Below the pieces are notes generated by a model that saw only the letters and a program-made list of their open reading frames with translations, was not told where the DNA came from and did not search any database. DNA of 64,000 nt from Octopus bimaculoides (taxonomy: Eukaryota): assembly GCF_001194135.2 (NCBI RefSeq), contig NC_068982.1, forward strand, positions 93,343,381-93,407,380, given 5' to 3'. Numbering within the stretch: the stretch's first letter is position 1; each line of letters starts with the position of its first letter. Positions 24,363-36,400 of the stretch are shown here, one piece after another. The position numbers and the translations under genes were made by a program.

Positions 24363-25010
24363 CACATGCACATATGTATAAAGATATATTTCTATATATG
24401 TGTATATATACACATATATGTACGTGTACACACACGTACACGCATACATATATATGTGTACATATGTATGTATACGTATGTGTGGTTGTGTATGTGTCTA
24501 TGTACGCCCATGTTTCTACCTTAAGTGAGACGTTTCTTGCCTTCTCTCGCGCTCTTCTTTTCTTTCCTTCCTGCCTCTCTTCATTTATGAAAGCTCGGCC
24601 GCTACTATTGCCATCGTAAGAAAGCCGTCTAGACAAAAAAAAAATTTTTCTTGGCTTCTTCCCATAATTATGTTGTCTATTTTGCTATTCATGGAGATAT
24701 ACTGAGAGGAGTTTAAAGCGGGTGAGGGTAAGAGATAAATAAAACGAGACATAAAGAGGAAGAGAAGTAGTGGAAGGAGGAGGCAGAAGAGGAAAAGAAA
24801 GAGGAAGATGCTAGCTTTGTCTTCTTTGAGAAGTTGATCGCACGGCGCCGGCCCAAGTCCTCTCTCTCTTCTTCTTTCTTTCTCTCTCATTCCAATTATG
24901 ACTACTACATTTTTTAAGAAGCCACCTTTTATTGTGTTCAATACTTACCAGTGCGGACAAGTTCCTCTGCCAGATACTAGTTGATACCAACCACTTCGGT
25001 TTCGACACAC

Positions 25011-25020
25011 CAAGGTAAGT
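25011..25020 (+). promoter_or_regulatory. Consensus 5' splice donor CAAG|GTAAGT; possible end of a non-coding exon
   Basis: Perfect donor consensus at the end of ~450 bp of non-TE, purine/pyrimidine-blocked, CpG-containing sequence. No transcript evidence. Confidence 0.3.
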
Positions 25021-25489
25021 GTGTTTAAACACCCCTTTTTATAATTTTTTTCGGGACAGCAGAACCATTCTTTCTTTCTGTCTTTTCTTTCTTACTTCCT
25101 TTTTTCTTGGTATTCCCAGCCGTGTTTGCAACAAGTTGAATTTTCTTTTTCTTTTCACACATTTCCTGTCATATGTGATTAACTGGCCGTGTGTACAACC
25201 ATGTAATCCGATTGATAAACGACCACAATAGTGAATATCGTTACTTGCCACGAGGACGACAAGCTACCAAACAATCAGAACAAACATACAAACGAAATAA
25301 TAAATTATCATACTCTGGTTTGTAGAGTGTCGTGTGTACGTAGTGTGTGTGAGCGCACGCATTTCAATAACTAAAATATATTTATGGGGTCAACCCTTTA
25401 CACAAAAAGCTACAGCCACTCAAAAAAAAAAAATCGAGGTACGTCATAATAATTCATTCAAATTTTGACTCAGGTCCAGCTATTTTAAG

Positions 25490-25650
25490 AGTAAGATTAC
25501 TCAATTGCATCGATCCCAAGTACTCAGCTGGTACATTATTTTATCGACCCCAAAGGATGAAAGGCAAAAATCGACCTCGGCGAAAGTTGAACTCACGAAA
25601 TGCCACTTAGTATTTTGTCCGACCCTGCTAACGAATCTGCCAGCTGCCAC
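25490..25650 (-). mobile_element. SINE family A (partial)
   Basis: attttatcgaccccaaaggatgaaaggcaaaaatcgacctcggcgaaagttgaactc is the reverse complement of the family A core. Confidence 0.75.
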
Positions 25651-25708
25651 TTTCTTACATGAACACAAAACCACGTATTTGAAAATCGTCTCAGTACTTC
25701 ACTGGTAC

Positions 25709-26092
25709 TTATTACCTCCGTCGCCTTAACGAAGACGGAGGTATTGTTTTCATTCGTGTTTGTTTGTTTGTTCGTCCGTGGACAAGATATCTCAAGAACC
25801 GCTGGATGGATTCGGATGAAACTTCCAGGGATGTTTGACCTCGTGACTGGCACAAACTGATTAGATTTGGGGATCGATCTGGTATCAGACAAGGATTCTG
25901 GATTTTTTTTCTGTTTTTTTTTTTTTACTTAGTTTTTGAGAGCGGTCGGGTTCATTTTTAGTATTCTCGTTTGTGAGAGTAGTCGAGTTTATTTCAGATA
26001 TTCTCGTTTTAAAAATCATCTCTGGCTAATCGTTGAGAGGACGTTGGTGCTGCCTTGGCGGAGGTTTGTGCTCTCTGAGTGCTCTTGTTTTT
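25709..26092 (+). mobile_element. Helentron-associated non-autonomous element (HINE/DINE-1-like)
   Basis: 5' subTIR within the hairpin TACCTCCGTC…GACGGAGGTA, a (GTTT)n microsatellite, body gatatctcaagaaccgctggatggattcggatgaaactt, 3' subTIR GGCGGAGGT (26057-26065), stem-loop GTGCTC-tct-GAGTGC and a T-rich end. Inserted at TT with no TSD. Confidence 0.8.
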
Positions 26093-26397
26093 ATTGATTC
26101 CGTTAAAGATGGGAAAGTTGGAAAGCTATGTCAACTTCAATGGGATGAAAATATAACAAAGATCATACTTTTTATCTTAACCACAAGGCCATACAGTTTT
26201 TTCTTCTCCCCACCTTTTTTGGTGGGGTGGGGAAGAAGAGAGGAAGATAGTTGATTTAATCAAGCCAAGTATTTGACCCGATACTTAATATTATCAGTCC
26301 CGGAAGTATGGTTGACGAAATCCTCCTCGGCGAAATGAAAATATAATGATATTAAATATAGTATCGAAACGATTTCGTTAAAGTTATAGTAAGCAGA

Positions 26398-26605
26398 TTG
26401 TTGACGTAAGCTCACAACATGTTTAACCCGGGTCAGCCCTGATCAAATAGACATATGATTATAAACAGTGTAACCGTGACCAACCCGTTCTCTGGGGTCA
26501 TGTAGGACTACATTATCGAATATGTCCCTATTTAAAACGACAGTAGGTTATTTGAGGTAGGATTCACAGCTATATCTAACAGGTCGAACTACCACTACGT
26601 GGTGT
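26398..26605 (-). mobile_element. SINE family E (ACA-type tail)
   Basis: gtttaacccgggtcagccctgatc…gactacattatc…tctaacaggtcgaactaccactacgtgg. Related copies at ~33470, 33795, 46835, 52345, 56330, 58045, 60500, 60790 and 63200. Confidence 0.7.
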
Positions 26606-26874
26606 CTCCCCTTAGTTTCTCTCTCTCTCTCTCTCTCTCTCTCTTCCCCTCTCTCCCCATCTCTCTGTCGGTTAAACGTGCATAAACAAAACCGATGCTT
26701 TTTTTTTGTACACAAGAAATCTCATGGTGTTTGTTAACCGAGAGGTGAATCAGCAAGTTGTCACGTTCATGCCTTTCTCACGAACATTCTAGTTGACAAG
26801 TTTGAAACGTTTGGCAACATGAGAAATAGAACCGGGTGACAGACGTGGTTCGCCGATCACTAAATCTGTCAAGC

Positions 26875-28240
26875 GACAGGCATTGAAATTAGCATAGTGG
26901 TTAGTGTCGAACAAAAGTGTCATGTGGTATTCACTTATGACCCTTTACGTTTTGAGTTCAAATTTCACCGAGATCAATTTTGCTTTTCAGCCCTCGGCGA
27001 TAGAGAAAATAAAGTACCGGTCAAAGACTTCAATAAACTTAATCGACTAAGCTCTCCCCTCAAATTACTAGCCTTGTGCCTTAATTAAAAATGGTTATAT
27101 TAACTATTGCTAAGGCACGTGGCCTCGAATTTGGGGAACACGGAGTCAGTCGATGCTCAGGATTTTGTCACGACACGGGTCCGATAATTATTTTCAACAC
27201 AGACATAATACCTAGAGTTTAGGAAAGAGGGTAAGTAAATTACCCCCCAGTGCTTGACTGGTACTTTATTTTACCATGTACATAAGGATAAAAGCCGAAA
27301 TTGAACATGGCAGGATCTGAACTTGAAATGTAAAGTGACACGATAAATATCGCAAAGCATTTTGTCTGGCCCTCAAACGATAGTGTCAATCCACAATCTA
27401 AGAAATAATGATTGTACCTTAGGTATAAAGCTGGCATTTTTTTAGCGGAAGAAGTTAGTGGATTACATCGACCCTAGAACTCGACTGGTACTTATTTTAT
27501 CGACACCAAAATGATAAAAGGCAAAGTTGACCTTGGTGATATTTGAGCTCAGAGCCTTAAGATACGGGGTGAAGGTTTGAAGAATTTTTTTTCCCATACT
27601 CTTGGAGGCGATTTGGAAGAGTTGTTAGAGTATACGGTTCATTTCCCGGCTCTTTGCCATCTGAATTTAAATCCCACCGAGGTCACATTTGCCTTTCACG
27701 ATTCCGGGATCGATAAATTAAAGTGTTAAGTACTGCCATCGATTTCATTGACTAATTTCTCGCCAGATTCCTTGCTTCGTGTAGGAGCAATTTAGGAGCA
27801 ATTAAGGAGAAAGAATTGAGTTGCCGCGGGAGGGGGTTGCTGACAGAATCGCTACCATGCCGGACAATATATTAAGTGGCATTTCTTCCGGGTTAACGTT
27901 CTGAGTTCAAATGCCGCCCACGTCAACTTTGCCTTTTATCTTTTCGGGGTCGTTGAAATAAGAACCAATTGAGCACTGGGGTCGAAGTAATCGAGTAGAA
28001 CCCTCCCACAAAATTTCGGGCTTTGTGCCTATCATAAGAAAGGCTTATTGCCACTATTAACAATATTTCGACGCTATATTGGAAAACTCGTTAAAGCGAC
28101 GGACAAAATGCTTTGCAGTATTTCTTTCGGCACTTTGCATTCTTTATTCAAATTCCAAATATACCACTAACTTTTTGGAAACAATAAATTAAGTACTAGT
28201 CTAATACTGAGATCGATGGTATCGACTAAGATACTCCCTT
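26875..28240. mobile_element. Cluster of six family A SINE copies in mixed orientation
   Basis: Plus strand: ~26875-27095, 27600-27780, 27822-28045, 28085-28240. Minus strand: ~27236-27400, 27440-27560. The full copies carry the gttcaaat…gtcgactttgcctttcatcc…gataaa…gtacc core in decayed form; the last copy is more partial. Confidence 0.8.
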
Positions 28241-28419
28241 CACATGTGCTGACATTGCGCCTAAATGAGAGACAATTATTATAATTTTCCACAAAGGCAA
28301 TGTGGTAAACAAGCATTTCAAAACATACGCAAAAACAAATAGTCGTGCATTGTTCATGTATACATATATATGTAGTATAATGTTTGTTTGGATGAAGGGA
28401 TGTGTCTCTGCATGTATGT

Positions 28420-29034
28420 ATGTATGCATGCATGCATGTATGTATGTATGTTCATGTATGTATACATTGTGTGCGTGTGTGCTTGTGTATGTACGCATAT
28501 ATATAAGATTTATCTAGGGAAACGTATTTATACGTACCGTATACATGCATGATTATCAACATAAATATAGATACATATACATACATATACACATAAATAC
28601 ATGTGTATTTGTATACAGGTGTTTTAGTTTTACATATGTACATGTGTGCGTGTATGTGCTTGTGTGTGCGTGTATGTGCTTGTGTGTGCGTGTGCATATC
28701 TAATATATATATATATATATACATATATACACACACATATATATATACAAATATATATACACATATATTATGTATGTATATATAAATATATATACATACA
28801 TTTATAACTATATATACATTATGTAAATGTATATAGATACAATATATATGTGTATATATTATATATATATGTGTGTATATATGTATATATTATATTTATA
28901 TATATGTATGTATATATGTATGTATATGTATATATGTATATATATATATTTACACTCACATATGTATATGCACACACACATACACATATATATACACACA
29001 CAACACTATGCTTATATAATATATATACATATAC
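28420..29034. repeat. Compound TA/CA/TG microsatellite field running into an assembly gap
   Basis: About 600 bp of mixed dinucleotide and tetranucleotide repeats; source of many YIYI/VCVC ORFs. Confidence 0.9.
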
Positions 29035-29997
29035 NNNNNNNNNNNNNNNNNNNNNNNNNNNNNNNNNNNNNNNNNNNNNNNNNNNNNNNNNNNNNNNNNN
29101 NNNNNNNNNNNNNNNNNNNNNNNNNNNNNNNNNNNNNNNNNNNNNNNNNNNNNNNNNNNNNNNNNNNNNNNNNNNNNNNNNNNNNNNNNNNNNNNNNNNN
29201 NNNNNNNNNNNNNNNNNNNNNNNNNNNNNNNNNNNNNNNNNNNNNNNNNNNNNNNNNNNNNNNNNNNNNNNNNNNNNNNNNNNNNNNNNNNNNNNNNNNN
29301 NNNNNNNNNNNNNNNNNNNNNNNNNNNNNNNNNNNNNNNNNNNNNNNNNNNNNNNNNNNNNNNNNNNNNNNNNNNNNNNNNNNNNNNNNNNNNNNNNNNN
29401 NNNNNNNNNNNNNNNNNNNNNNNNNNNNNNNNNNNNNNNNNNNNNNNNNNNNNNNNNNNNNNNNNNNNNNNNNNNNNNNNNNNNNNNNNNNNNNNNNNNN
29501 NNNNNNNNNNNNNNNNNNNNNNNNNNNNNNNNNNNNNNNNNNNNNNNNNNNNNNNNNNNNNNNNNNNNNNNNNNNNNNNNNNNNNNNNNNNNNNNNNNNN
29601 NNNNNNNNNNNNNNNNNNNNNNNNNNNNNNNNNNNNNNNNNNNNNNNNNNNNNNNNNNNNNNNNNNNNNNNNNNNNNNNNNNNNNNNNNNNNNNNNNNNN
29701 NNNNNNNNNNNNNNNNNNNNNNNNNNNNNNNNNNNNNNNNNNNNNNNNNNNNNNNNNNNNNNNNNNNNNNNNNNNNNNNNNNNNNNNNNNNNNNNNNNNN
29801 NNNNNNNNNNNNNNNNNNNNNNNNNNNNNNNNNNNNNNNNNNNNNNNNNNNNNNNNNNNNNNNNNNNNNNNNNNNNNNNNNNNNNNNNNNNNNNNNNNNN
29901 NNNNNNNNNNNNNNNNNNNNNNNNNNNNNNNNNNNNNNNNNNNNNNNNNNNNNNNNNNNNNNNNNNNNNNNNNNNNNNNNNNNNNNNNNNNNNNNNN

Positions 29998-30033
<36 letters not shown>

Positions 30034-30517
30034 TTATTTTGAGGATACATATATCTCTTTAAAAGGGATGTCAACATCTAAGCTTCACCGGTTTAATCTT
30101 ATATATCGATGAAATGTTCAAGAGACCAGTATAACTTAATAGTATTGGTGTTTATTGTTACGGAGTGTAATGATTATTACACTTCGATATATATGGGTAT
30201 ATTTCATTATCATGTGTTATAAGGAGAAAATAGAAAGATTTAACTAATAAGATTCAATTTATTAACATACTGTCAAAATTCTCCGTTACCTACAATTGTT
30301 TCCATACTCAACTCATTCAATTATTAATCTATTAATTTGTAATTGAATGAGTTGAGTATGGAAACAATTGTAGGTAACAGAGAATTTTGACAATATGTTG
30401 ATAAATTGAATTTTATCAGTTAAAGCTCTCCATTTTCTCCTTATGATATAGATGGATAGATAGATAGATAGATATATAGATAGATACATACATACATGTA
30501 CACATATATATGTGTGA

Positions 30518-30578
<61 letters not shown>

Positions 30579-30614
30579 CACACACACACACATATATACT
30601 CACATATGTATATG

Positions 30615-31230
30615 TATGTGTTTATACCCCTACCACCACTTGACAACCAGTGTTGATGTGTTTATGTCCCCCGTCACATAGTAGTTCGGCAAAAAGAGAC
30701 CGATAGTATAAGTACCAGGCTTTAAAAAAACAAAAAAAACTGTGGTCGATTCGTACGACTAAAATTTTTGAAAGCGGTGCCCCAGTATGGCCACAGTTTG
30801 ATCACTGAGACAAGTAAAATATTAAAGATATATCTCTTATCTTGTTTCAGTCATTAGGCTGCGGCCATGCTGGGACACCGCCTTGAGGAATTTTAGTTGG
30901 ACTACTCGACCCCAGTACGTTTGAACTTCTTTTTTATATTAAGCCTGGTACTTATTCTACCGATATCTTATGCCAAACCGCTAGGTTACAGGAACGTAAA
31001 CACGCCAGCATCGGTTGGCAAGCGGAGTGGGGGGAGGCACGCACATACATACACATACAGCCATATATATATACGACGGGTTTCTTTCAAACTCTACTAA
31101 ATCCACTCACAGGGCTTTGGTCGGCCTGTGGTTATAGTAGATGACACTTGCAAAAGGTGTCACGCATTGGGAGTGAACCCGGATTCATGTGATTGAGAAG
31201 CAAACTTCTTACCACATAGCCAGACCTGTG
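30615..31230. mobile_element. Tail-to-tail pair of family B SINEs
   Basis: 30615-30820 (+, 3' half) abuts 30840-31230 (-, full length). The symmetry centre is AGATA|TATCT at 30826-30835. Confidence 0.85.
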
Positions 31231-32870
31231 AGGTATATATGTGTGTGTATGTGCTTATATAAATATATATATATACGTACATATACAACATATTTATGCA
31301 TATGCGTATCTACATGCACATACAATATATATATATATATCCATATATATANNNNNNNNNNNNNNNNNNNNNNNNNNNNNNNNNNNNNNNNNNNNNNNNN
31401 NNNNNNNNNNNNNNNNNNNNNNNNNNNNNNNNNNNNNNNNNNNNNNNNNNNNNNNNNNNNNNNNNNNNNNNNNNNNNNNNNNNNNNNNNNNNNNNNNNNN
31501 NNNNNNNNNNNNNNNNNNNNNNNNNNNNNNNNNNNNNNNNNNNNNNNNNNNNNNNNNNNNNNNNNNNNNNNNNNNNNNNNNNNNNNNNNNNNNNNNNNNN
31601 NNNNNNNNNNNNNNNNNNNNNNNNNNNNNNNNNNNNNNNNNNNNNNNNNNNNNNNNNNNNNNNNNNNNNNNNNNNNNNNNNNNNNNNNNNNNNNNNNNNN
31701 NNNNNNNNNNNNNNNNNNNNNNNNNNNNNNNNNNNNNNNNNNNNNNNNNNNNNNNNNNNNNNNNNNNNNNNNNNNNNNNNNNNNNNNNNNNNNNNNNNNN
31801 NNNNNNNNNNNNNNNNNNNNNNNNNNNNNNNNNNNNNNNNNNNNNNNNNNNNNNNNNNNNNNNNNNNNNNNNNNNNNNNNNNNNNNNNNNNNNNNNNNNN
31901 NNNNNNNNNNNNNNNNNNNNNNNNNNNNNNNNNNNNNNNNNNNNNNNNNNNNNNNNNNNNNNNNNNNNNNNNNNNNNNNNNNNNNNNNNNNNNCTTTGGT
32001 CGGCCTGTGGTTATAGTAGATGACACTTGCAAAAGGTGTCACGCATTGGGAGTGAACCCGGATTCATGTGATTGAGAAGCAAACTTCTTACCACATAGCC
32101 AGACCTGTGAGGTATATATGTGTGTGTATGTGCTTATATAAATATATATATCTTATAGACATTCATTATATGTTATAGACGTTTACAATTTATGTGTGTG
32201 TCTGTGTGAACGTGCGCAGGTATGCTTAACACGTTTGATTCAATCATGATAGGTAACATACAGTTCTGTTCCGTGATATCTTGGTCATGTGTCCTTTTCT
32301 ATAGCCTGGTGTGTAGCCACTCCATAAATGAAATTGGGTTACTGGAATCTCTGGAATATATTCTTGGAAGGATAAACACAAACTCAGAGAACATGCACAC
32401 ACGCGCAGTGTGTGTGTGTGTGTGTTTGTGTTTATGCATGTGCGTGTGTGTGTGTTTGATGTACTGTTTCAGCTTTGGGTGAGGCGAATGTCACACAGCG
32501 GAACTGAACCCGAAACACGTGGCTGCAAAGCAAACTTCTTAACCACATCTATGCCGGCGCCTATTGTATATATGTAGAAATATGTACGTGTGGATAGATG
32601 GATATAGTTATCTTGTTTAATCTTTGGTCGGCTCTGATGAAGATGACCTATGGTCAAAGAGTTCCATTGATGACCTTCCATTTTATATCCAGGCAGTGTG
32701 TCCAGGTTTACGTTGTTAAATATGTCCTTTTAATTTTATGGAGTTCTTGGCAAATTGGGCGACATTTGGTAGCTATTCTTTAGGAGGTTTGCAATTACGT
32801 AGAGGCTCTTTCAATAGACATTATACTCGCGCATACAATCACAGAAACACACAAAAGTGTGTGTGTGTGC

Positions 32871-32901
<31 letters not shown>

Positions 32902-33189
32902 ACGCCTTAAGTATAACTTCTGTATTTTGTCTGTAATTATTTTCTGTCCGCCGCTTTCTTCAAGTTCCTTGTACGAGTTCACTTGTACTGCCCTATAATT
33001 CACATTGCACCATCTCCTCACAATAAGTGAACTTACTGACACCCAACAAATTCCTCCTCGTTTACACAATTTCAGGAAGCTTTTATTCTAATACTCCGCC
33101 TGTTGGACATAACAGCAAATCTCCAAAACATAACTTGACTGTCTTAAAAGGGGGAAAAAGCGCAGTAATAATTGCTTCTACATTGGTCA

Positions 33190-33370
33190 CGAGACCAGCA
33201 GTTTTGCCGTCGGGTGTTAGTCGATTGCATCTTAGCAGATACACTATTTCATCGACCCCCAGAGGGATCAAAGGTAAAGCTGACCACGGCAGAATTTGAA
33301 TCCAGAACGTAAAGAGCCGGAACAAATGCCACAAAGCACTTTTTCCCAACGTGCTAACGATTCTACCCAA
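33190..33370 (-). mobile_element. SINE family A
   Basis: tttcatcgacccccagagggatcaaaggtaaagctgaccacggcagaatttgaatccagaacgtaaag…gctaacgattctacc. Confidence 0.8.
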
Positions 33371-34359
33371 CAAACTGGATTGACGTCCAGCATACATTTC
33401 CATGTACAGATTACTGTTGCTGGGTGCCGGATTTCGCCCTTTGATTTCAGTTCTCTGATGATGTCGCTTTTGTTGTTGTTTAGGCCCAGATCAGCTAATA
33501 TCAAGCACAATATGATTAAAAAGGTATTTCATCCGGGACTATCCTGTCCTTGTTGTTAAGATGATAGAATGTGATATGAGAGACAGAAAGTGAGACACAG
33601 ACAGAGACAGATAGTTTTGGCAGCTCGCTAGTCCAGTGACTACGCTAGCTCGAATTTCGTCATGATGCTCAAAACCAAAACAATAAAACAAATCAATACA
33701 CCTCCCCATTTCATTCCCTCAGCAGCTTAATTTCAATATTTTCACATTGACTGTCTTAGTATGCAGATCCCGTAAATCGGACTCTACAGGGCAGTCATTG
33801 CTTAGCCCCGCGTCAGATTTGATCTAAAGGACTTGCAGTCAAAAGCGTTCCAGCTATAACAGATCAGTCTTTTATATTAGAATTATTTTTGCTTTCTTTC
33901 GCTTCCTGTTAAGATGGTTTGTACGTGATTTTAAGGCTGCTATTTGTTGTCGTGAAGATTCACTTCACTTTATCTAATGAAGAAGCTATGAACGCCAACA
34001 GTATCAATATATATTTTCTACAAGTTGATAAGAAAGAGATAGACATTGTCCATTCTTTTTGCGTCCCTCCTTAGAGTGGTGAGACTGATTTAGATAATGT
34101 CCAGCCTGGAAATCTGCCGGTCAATGTTGTAGTGAGTACGTAGGCAAAAAGGGAATAGGCGGTTTGGTTTTAATATAACATCTGATCGAACTCTGTCGAA
34201 GACACCAGCTGTGGGTGATATACCGAGTAGTGTGGTGGATCAGCCACTGAAGGCAATACTTACTACATGCGGTTTCTTCTACCACTCATCTTGCATGTAA
34301 AGCAATCTGAGAAAACAATAGATCGAAAGGGAAAAGAAATCAATATTTATTATTATTAT

Positions 34360-34580
34360 ATTGACGAAAGGCGGTGAATGCCTTTCGTTAGCATTTCGGA
34401 TGAAATGCTTAGCAATATTTCTTCCTGCTCTTTACATTCTCAGTTCAAATATTACCAAGGCAAACTTTTCCTTTCATCCTTTCAGGGTTAGTAAAATAAG
34501 AACCAGTCGGGCACTGGGGTCCTTGTAATCGATCTCTCCCTCCTATCAAAACTGCTGGCTTTATGCCAAAATTATGAAGT
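34360..34580 (+). mobile_element. SINE family A
   Basis: aaggcggtgaatgcctttcgttagc…cagttcaaatattaccaaggcaaacttttcctttcatcctttcagggttagtaaaataagaaccag. Confidence 0.75.
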
Positions 34581-35104
34581 ATATAATATTGACGAGTGTC
34601 TTAGAATAAAGAACATGCTCCAGACAGTGGTTAGCTCTGCATTTCGATTCCATTGAACGATTTGATTTCATTTTTATTACTAATGTGTTCAAGAAAAGCA
34701 TAGGTGTCCAAAATGTATATTCTATTAAAGAATATGCTTTTTTGAAATACAAGCATAGCCTTGTGTCGACCAAACTTCTTGAGTGAAATTTGGTAGACAT
34801 AAAATGACAGGAACTCCGTCTGCAGTCCTGTTTCTGTTTATGACTGATAATAGGCTTAATCCATCACTCAGTTTAACACCCCACCCACCTCAATCAGCCA
34901 GTGGGTGCATTTCGTAGAGTCCACTCTTATTGTAAGCAATCGTGCTGGGACTTCTGTCTGAGGATAACATTTCCCATTCATTTCACCAATCTCAGAAGGC
35001 CTGAAAAGGTCATGGACGCTGTTCTTCCCCTCTCTCGCTAAGCCGTAAAATAAAGAGAGGGAGAGGGGGAGAGAGAGAAAAGGGGAGGGACTGAGTGAGT
35101 GAGA

Positions 35105-35108
<4 letters not shown>

Positions 35109-35182
<74 letters not shown>
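35109..35182. repeat. (GA)n microsatellite
   Basis: About 37 GA units. Confidence 0.95.
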
Positions 35183-35187
<5 letters not shown>

Positions 35188-35577
35188 TATGACACATCTT
35201 TCGAAAACTATGTATATCTAATTTTCTTTTCCAAATTCTTTATACCATCATGTTAAACATTTTTAGTTCCCTCTTTCAAGACCAGATGGATTTCTCTTAT
35301 TAAACTATTATTAGTTTCCCGGTTTCTTGTCCATCTCTGTAAGCTACTTTGGACTGTTATTTTTCTTCTGACTGCTTAATCGTTTTTTTTTTGTTTTTTT
35401 TTCTATATTTATTTCTGGTTTAGTTTTCTCTTTGCCCCCACCCCCACCACAACCTTTTTTTTTTACCCAACTGTTGCTACTTCTCTCTTCTTAACATCGA
35501 AATTTTGACATTTTTCGGGGATTTGGTTTCTGCTTTTTTTTTTTACACATTTTCCTCAAATAGCTTCGATGGAAATA

Positions 35578-35800
35578 TACATACATACATACATACATAC
35601 ATACATACATACATACATACATACATACATACATACATACATGTATGTATGTATGTATGTATCTCTATCCACATATCTATATCTATCTAGCTAGCTATAT
35701 ATGTATACACATACACACACACACACACATATATACACACATATACATACATACATACATATATATATATATACACACATATACATACATACATATATAT

Positions 35801-35850
<50 letters not shown>
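35578..35850. repeat. Compound (TACA)n/(TATG)n/(CA)n/(TA)n microsatellite
   Basis: Directly visible repeat runs. Confidence 0.9.
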
Positions 35851-35854
<4 letters not shown>

Positions 35855-36079
35855 CGTGGTCATGCGGTATACATACATGTTGCTTCCCAACCACAGTTCC
35901 GCTTGAGTCTTACTGTGTGGCACCTTGGGCAGGTGTCTTCTGCTATAGCGTAGGGTCGACCAAAGAAAGAAGCCCGTTGAATATATTTGTGTGTGCGTCT
36001 CTGTGTGTGCACGCGCGTGTGTGTGTGCGTGCTGTGATGTATGCATGTGTGTGAAGACGTCCGCATCATCAGATATTTG

Positions 36080-36400
36080 AAGGCAGAAATCTGACTTTGA
36101 CTTCCAACATCCGATTATAACGACTTATTCTACGTCCACGAAACTTTAAGTACTGTGGAGCTGACTCAAATTGTTATCATAGGCCCACAACAATCCAGTT
36201 CCTGGGATCCAAGATCTATGATCCACATTGCAGAAGGTGCCTGCACATCGAAGCATTACAGTGATGCTAAGACGTGTATTTCCGAATATCACTATCCTCG
36301 TCGTGAAGGAATTAGATCCAGTGGTAAGAGGAACCAAAGACACCTGGTACCTGATAATATTTGCATGAAGCTGTTATACTGAAGTCTCTGTCAGAAACCG
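36080..36400 (+). mobile_element. Highly decayed LINE (RTE-like) RT C-terminal fragment
   Basis: GRNLTLTSNIRL*RLILRPRNFKYCGA resembles the ..L.L.TKIRLY.S.I...LLYG.E motif. Weak. Confidence 0.3.

Noticed and set aside
24941-24951. ATACTTACC matching the U1 snRNA 5' end
   Set aside because: The following sequence has no U1 similarity; better read as a minus-strand splice-donor consensus.
26700-26880. Possible L1/Tx1 ORF1 fragments (also 34860-35050, 42180-42380, 51410-51560)
   Set aside because: Only vague resemblance; cannot be supported without a profile search.
30897-31100. ORF resembling a neuropeptide precursor (hydrophobic N-terminus, …SVGKR)
   Set aside because: It lies entirely within the antisense strand of a family B SINE.
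33970-34330. Possible piggyBac N-terminus (PP*SGETDLDNVQPGNLP)
   Set aside because: Similarity is limited to a short acidic motif, with no catalytic region or TTAA-TIR.
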